Notes under the pieces: model-generated | What the model was told of the DNA's origin: nothing | The model's database searches: none | The model's input: only the letters and a program-made list of their open reading frames with translations | Assembly (NCBI GenBank): GCA_964491925.1 | Contig: CAZBGZ010000001.1 | Location: 701 to 64,700, forward strand | Reading direction: 5' to 3' | DNA length: 64,000 nt | Source: an uncultured Candidatus Saccharibacteria bacterium | Lineage (GTDB): Bacteria > Patescibacteriota > Saccharimonadia > Saccharimonadales > JAGQNJ01 | Translations under genes and position numbers: made by a program | Part shown: one piece after another, positions 61,696 through 64,000 of the stretch | Numbering within the stretch: position 1 is the stretch's first letter | Layout: the number at the start of each line of letters is the position of its first letter

Positions 61696-62418
61696 CTAAT
61701 TGCCGTAAGATTTAATGCTGTTTTCATGAGCATTAATTATGACTTTTGAAGTCTCGTAGGGATTCGGCACAAAGGTAAAGGTATAGTTTTGCTGCTCACC
61801 AGCAGTCTCTACCACAAGAGTCCCATAGCCAATTAAATTCGGTAAAAAACCATTCTGCGAAACCGTAACATCCTGTACATCGCCAATACTAAGCTGAGAA
61901 ATTTTTCGATTAAATAAAGTAATGAATAGCATTTGCGCTAATTTTTCGTTTGTTACATATACTACGTTATTACGGTAAAGTTGAGCATTAATTGCTGTTA
62001 CCAGCAAAATCAAAACCGATAATATAAAGCCGATAAACGCCACTATCGCATTCACGCCAGCGAAACCCAATGTGTCCAAAAAACTACTTGCGGCCAATGT
62101 AATAGTTACCGCGAAAAGTGCTAGAGATATAAAAAATCCAGTTACCAAAATGATAAAAAGGCCAAATGGGTGTTTTCTGATTTCTAGCAGTAATTCTTCT
62201 TGATCATCAAATTCTATTAAACCAAAGTATTTCTTTCCGACTTGGGACAAATGGCTGCGACCTTGGTCTGGTGTTCTGGGGATATTGGATTGCGCCTGTG
62301 TCTGTCCATTGGGCATTAATGGGTTGTTCTGCTGAGAAGGATTTGGCATTTGTGGCTGGCCGAAAGATGCATTTGTCTGTGGCAACTCAGGACTTTCCAT
62401 TGGTTGTTGTGGTTCCAT
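61696..62418 (-). CDS. membrane protein with a bacterial PH (bPH_2/YdbT-like) domain and a Pro/Gln-rich N-terminus
   Basis: LLEIRKHPFGLFIILV.. forms a two-TM hairpin, followed by a beta-rich C-terminal domain. Confidence 0.5.
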   Translation of the reverse strand: MEPQQPMESPELPQTNASFGQPQMPNPSQQNNPLMPNGQTQAQSNIPRTPDQGRSHLSQVGKKYFGLIEFDDQEELLLEIRKHPFGLFIILVTGFFISLALFAVTITLAASSFLDTLGFAGVNAIVAFIGFILSVLILLVTAINAQLYRNNVVYVTNEKLAQMLFITLFNRKISQLSIGDVQDVTVSQNGFLPNLIGYGTLVVETAGEQQNYTFTFVPNPYETSKVIINAHENSIKSYGN

Positions 62419-62429
62419 ATTATCGCTTA

Positions 62430-63464
62430 TTATACCAGTGTTTGTTGATCATCGGTTGGTTTTACTGTTCGTTTTAGGTGGCTGTGCGCTTTCGGTGTAG
62501 TTTTTCGCCCTCTGGGCGTTCTTTCCAGCATCCCTATTTGCAGCAAATATGGCTCATGAAAGTCTTCAATGGTTGTTCTCTCTTCACTTGTTAGTGCTGC
62601 TAATGTCTCAAGCCCCACGGGTCCGCCATTATAGTTATCGATGATTGCAAATAATAATCGCCTGTCTGATGGGTCCAGGCCCAACTCGTCGATTTCCAAA
62701 AGTTTCAGAGCCTTTAGGCTAATTGGGTTATCTATGATTCCGTCGCCATTGACATCAGCGTAGTCGCGTACGCGTTTCAGTAGGCGGTTAGCAATTCTTG
62801 GTGTTAAACGAGCCCTTTTTGCTAGTTCTACTGCAGCAGACTCATCAATTTTTACACCCAATATCCCGGCAGAACGCTTAATTATTTTGGCAATCTCCTC
62901 AGATGTATAAAATTCTAATCTATGAATCATGCCGAACCTATCGCGCAGTGGAGCAGCCAACGCCCCTGTCCGCGTAGTGGCACCGATTATCGTAAACTTC
63001 GGCAGATCTAATCTTAGACTTTTAGCACTTGGCCCCTTGCCTAGCATTATGTCTAGCTTAAAATCTTCCATTGCACTATAAAGAACTTCTTCGACAGACC
63101 TATGCAATCTATGGATTTCATCAATAAATAATATGTCTCCGTCTTGTAAGTTCGTTAGTAGGCTAGCCAAATCCCCTGCCCGCTCAATAGCCGGCCCACT
63201 TGTTATCCGAATTTGCGCCCCCATCTCATTAGCTATTACACTAGCAAGAGTAGTCTTTCCAAGACCTGGAGGCCCGTAGAGCAACACATGATCGACTGGC
63301 TCACCGCGTTTTTTTGCAGCATCAATCGATAATTGCAAATTTTTCTTTATTCTTTCCTGCCCAATATAATTAGCAAAATCTTTAGGCCGCAGCGTTACCT
63401 CGAGCTCTTGCTCATCCTTATTCTCGGGTTCGTCTGGTTGTGTAATCCTCTCAATCGCCATCAT
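62430..63464 (-). CDS. ruvB: Holliday junction branch migration helicase RuvB
   Basis: [36 protein letters not shown] and [14 protein letters not shown]. Confidence 0.95.
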   Translation of the reverse strand: MMAIERITQPDEPENKDEQELEVTLRPKDFANYIGQERIKKNLQLSIDAAKKRGEPVDHVLLYGPPGLGKTTLASVIANEMGAQIRITSGPAIERAGDLASLLTNLQDGDILFIDEIHRLHRSVEEVLYSAMEDFKLDIMLGKGPSAKSLRLDLPKFTIIGATTRTGALAAPLRDRFGMIHRLEFYTSEEIAKIIKRSAGILGVKIDESAAVELAKRARLTPRIANRLLKRVRDYADVNGDGIIDNPISLKALKLLEIDELGLDPSDRRLLFAIIDNYNGGPVGLETLAALTSEERTTIEDFHEPYLLQIGMLERTPRGRKTTPKAHSHLKRTVKPTDDQQTLV

Positions 63465-64000
63465 TTACCTGTAGTTTACGTGAAGTTCATTTACCCAGAG
63501 TTTAGTTGGGGAGTTGATTGCATTCACTATTTGACTAGCCAAGTCTGAGGCTTCGGTAAATTTTTCGACAGGAAAATCGTCTCCGGCTTTCTTGAACATC
63601 TGAGTATTTGTACCTGCCTGGAATACCGCCATAACGTGAACGTTACTATCCTTCAAATCTTCTCTCAAAACATCAGTAAATCCCCTGACACCATATTTTG
63701 AAGCCGTGTATACTGACTGACCTGCCTGAGCAATAACACCGGACCTAGAAACAATGTTAACCAATAGGGCCTCGGGTTGTTTCTTGAGTAATGACATGGT
63801 GTATTTAGTTAGAAATAAAACCCCTTTTAAATTAGTGTCTATTAGCTCATCAATCCTAGCATCTGCTACATCTTCTAGGCCTGAGAGTTTCTGCCAGATT
63901 CCTGCATTATTAATCACCGCATCTAATTGGCCATATTTCTCTTTGATATGATCGACAAGATTTTTTATATCACTGACTCTACTAACATCACAATTTACTT
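63465..64000 (-). CDS. short-chain dehydrogenase/reductase (SDR), 5' end beyond the window
   Basis: The frame stays open to position 64000 (hand translation: ...CDVSRVSDIKNLVDHIKEKYGQLDAVINNAG). Catalytic YTASKYG is present. The track shows only the internal GTG-initiated part. Confidence 0.75.
   Translation of the reverse strand, partial: VNCDVSRVSDIKNLVDHIKEKYGQLDAVINNAGIWQKLSGLEDVADARIDELIDTNLKGVLFLTKYTMSLLKKQPEALLVNIVSRSGVIAQAGQSVYTASKYGVRGFTDVLREDLKDSNVHVMAVFQAGTNTQMFKKAGDDFPVEKFTEASDLASQIVNAINSPTKLWVNELHVNYR

Noticed and set aside
1-64000. A search for CRISPR arrays, cas genes, reverse transcriptases (retron/DGR), transposases/IS elements and rRNA genes.
   Set aside because: I saw no regularly spaced direct repeats of CRISPR type, no RT (YxDD) or DDE/transposase-like ORF, and no rRNA-like sequence. 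The only mobility genes are the two recombinases and the HNH and GIY-YIG nucleases.
1-64000. An alternative genetic code (UGA as Gly or Trp, as in some CPR lineages).
   Set aside because: All recognisable proteins (RecA, RuvB, GlyA, MurA/B, PilB/C, RNase Y) are full length and uninterrupted under the standard code, and several end at TGA at the expected position.

Overview
This window looks like a reduced, AT-leaning bacterial genome of the CPR/Patescibacteria type, probably Saccharibacteria-like. That placement is an inference from gene content: a Gram-positive-style type IV pilus cluster with no secretin, a truncated TsaB, RNase Y, many proteins with prepilin-type signals, and CCA-encoded tRNAs. 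The standard genetic code fits all long ORFs.

Layout:
- 1-10.6 kb: core genes, namely folA/folC, a HIT / histidine-phosphatase / ArgRS-like operon, tRNA-Arg(UCG), murB, glyA, and an HTH-fused murA.
- 10.7-19.3 kb: an accessory locus.
- 19.2-21.1 kb: a tRNA cluster (His, Arg-UCU, Gly) interleaved with small genes.
- 21-29 kb: membrane and hydrolase genes.
- 29.4-40.4 kb: a roughly 10.8 kb integrated island at tRNA-Pro, carrying a Type III restriction-modification system, two recombinases and unknown cargo.
- 40.5-51.3 kb: core genes (rny, tsaB/tsaE, recX, recA, hydrolases).
- 51.4-61.7 kb: a type IV pilus cluster.
- 61.7-64 kb: ruvB and a partial SDR gene.

I found no rRNA, CRISPR array, reverse transcriptase or transposase.

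Best candidates for something undescribed:
1. The 10.7-19.0 kb locus. It combines two families of very short cationic (Arg/Trp-rich) ORFs that have good translation and promoter signals, three paralogous small membrane proteins, a methyltransferase-like gene plus a decayed copy, a fused ABC exporter, and a MacB/FtsX-type ABC pair.
2. A roughly 120-nt conserved non-coding element family found next to duplicated tRNA 3' ends, with a covarying hairpin.
3. The unannotatable cargo of the tRNA-Pro island. This includes a structured leader or inverted-repeat element upstream of a glycine-zipper protein, and an ATPase-less RarA/MgsA C-terminal-domain protein coupled to the integrase.

All protein calls rest on motifs I recognised by eye. 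No database search was run.
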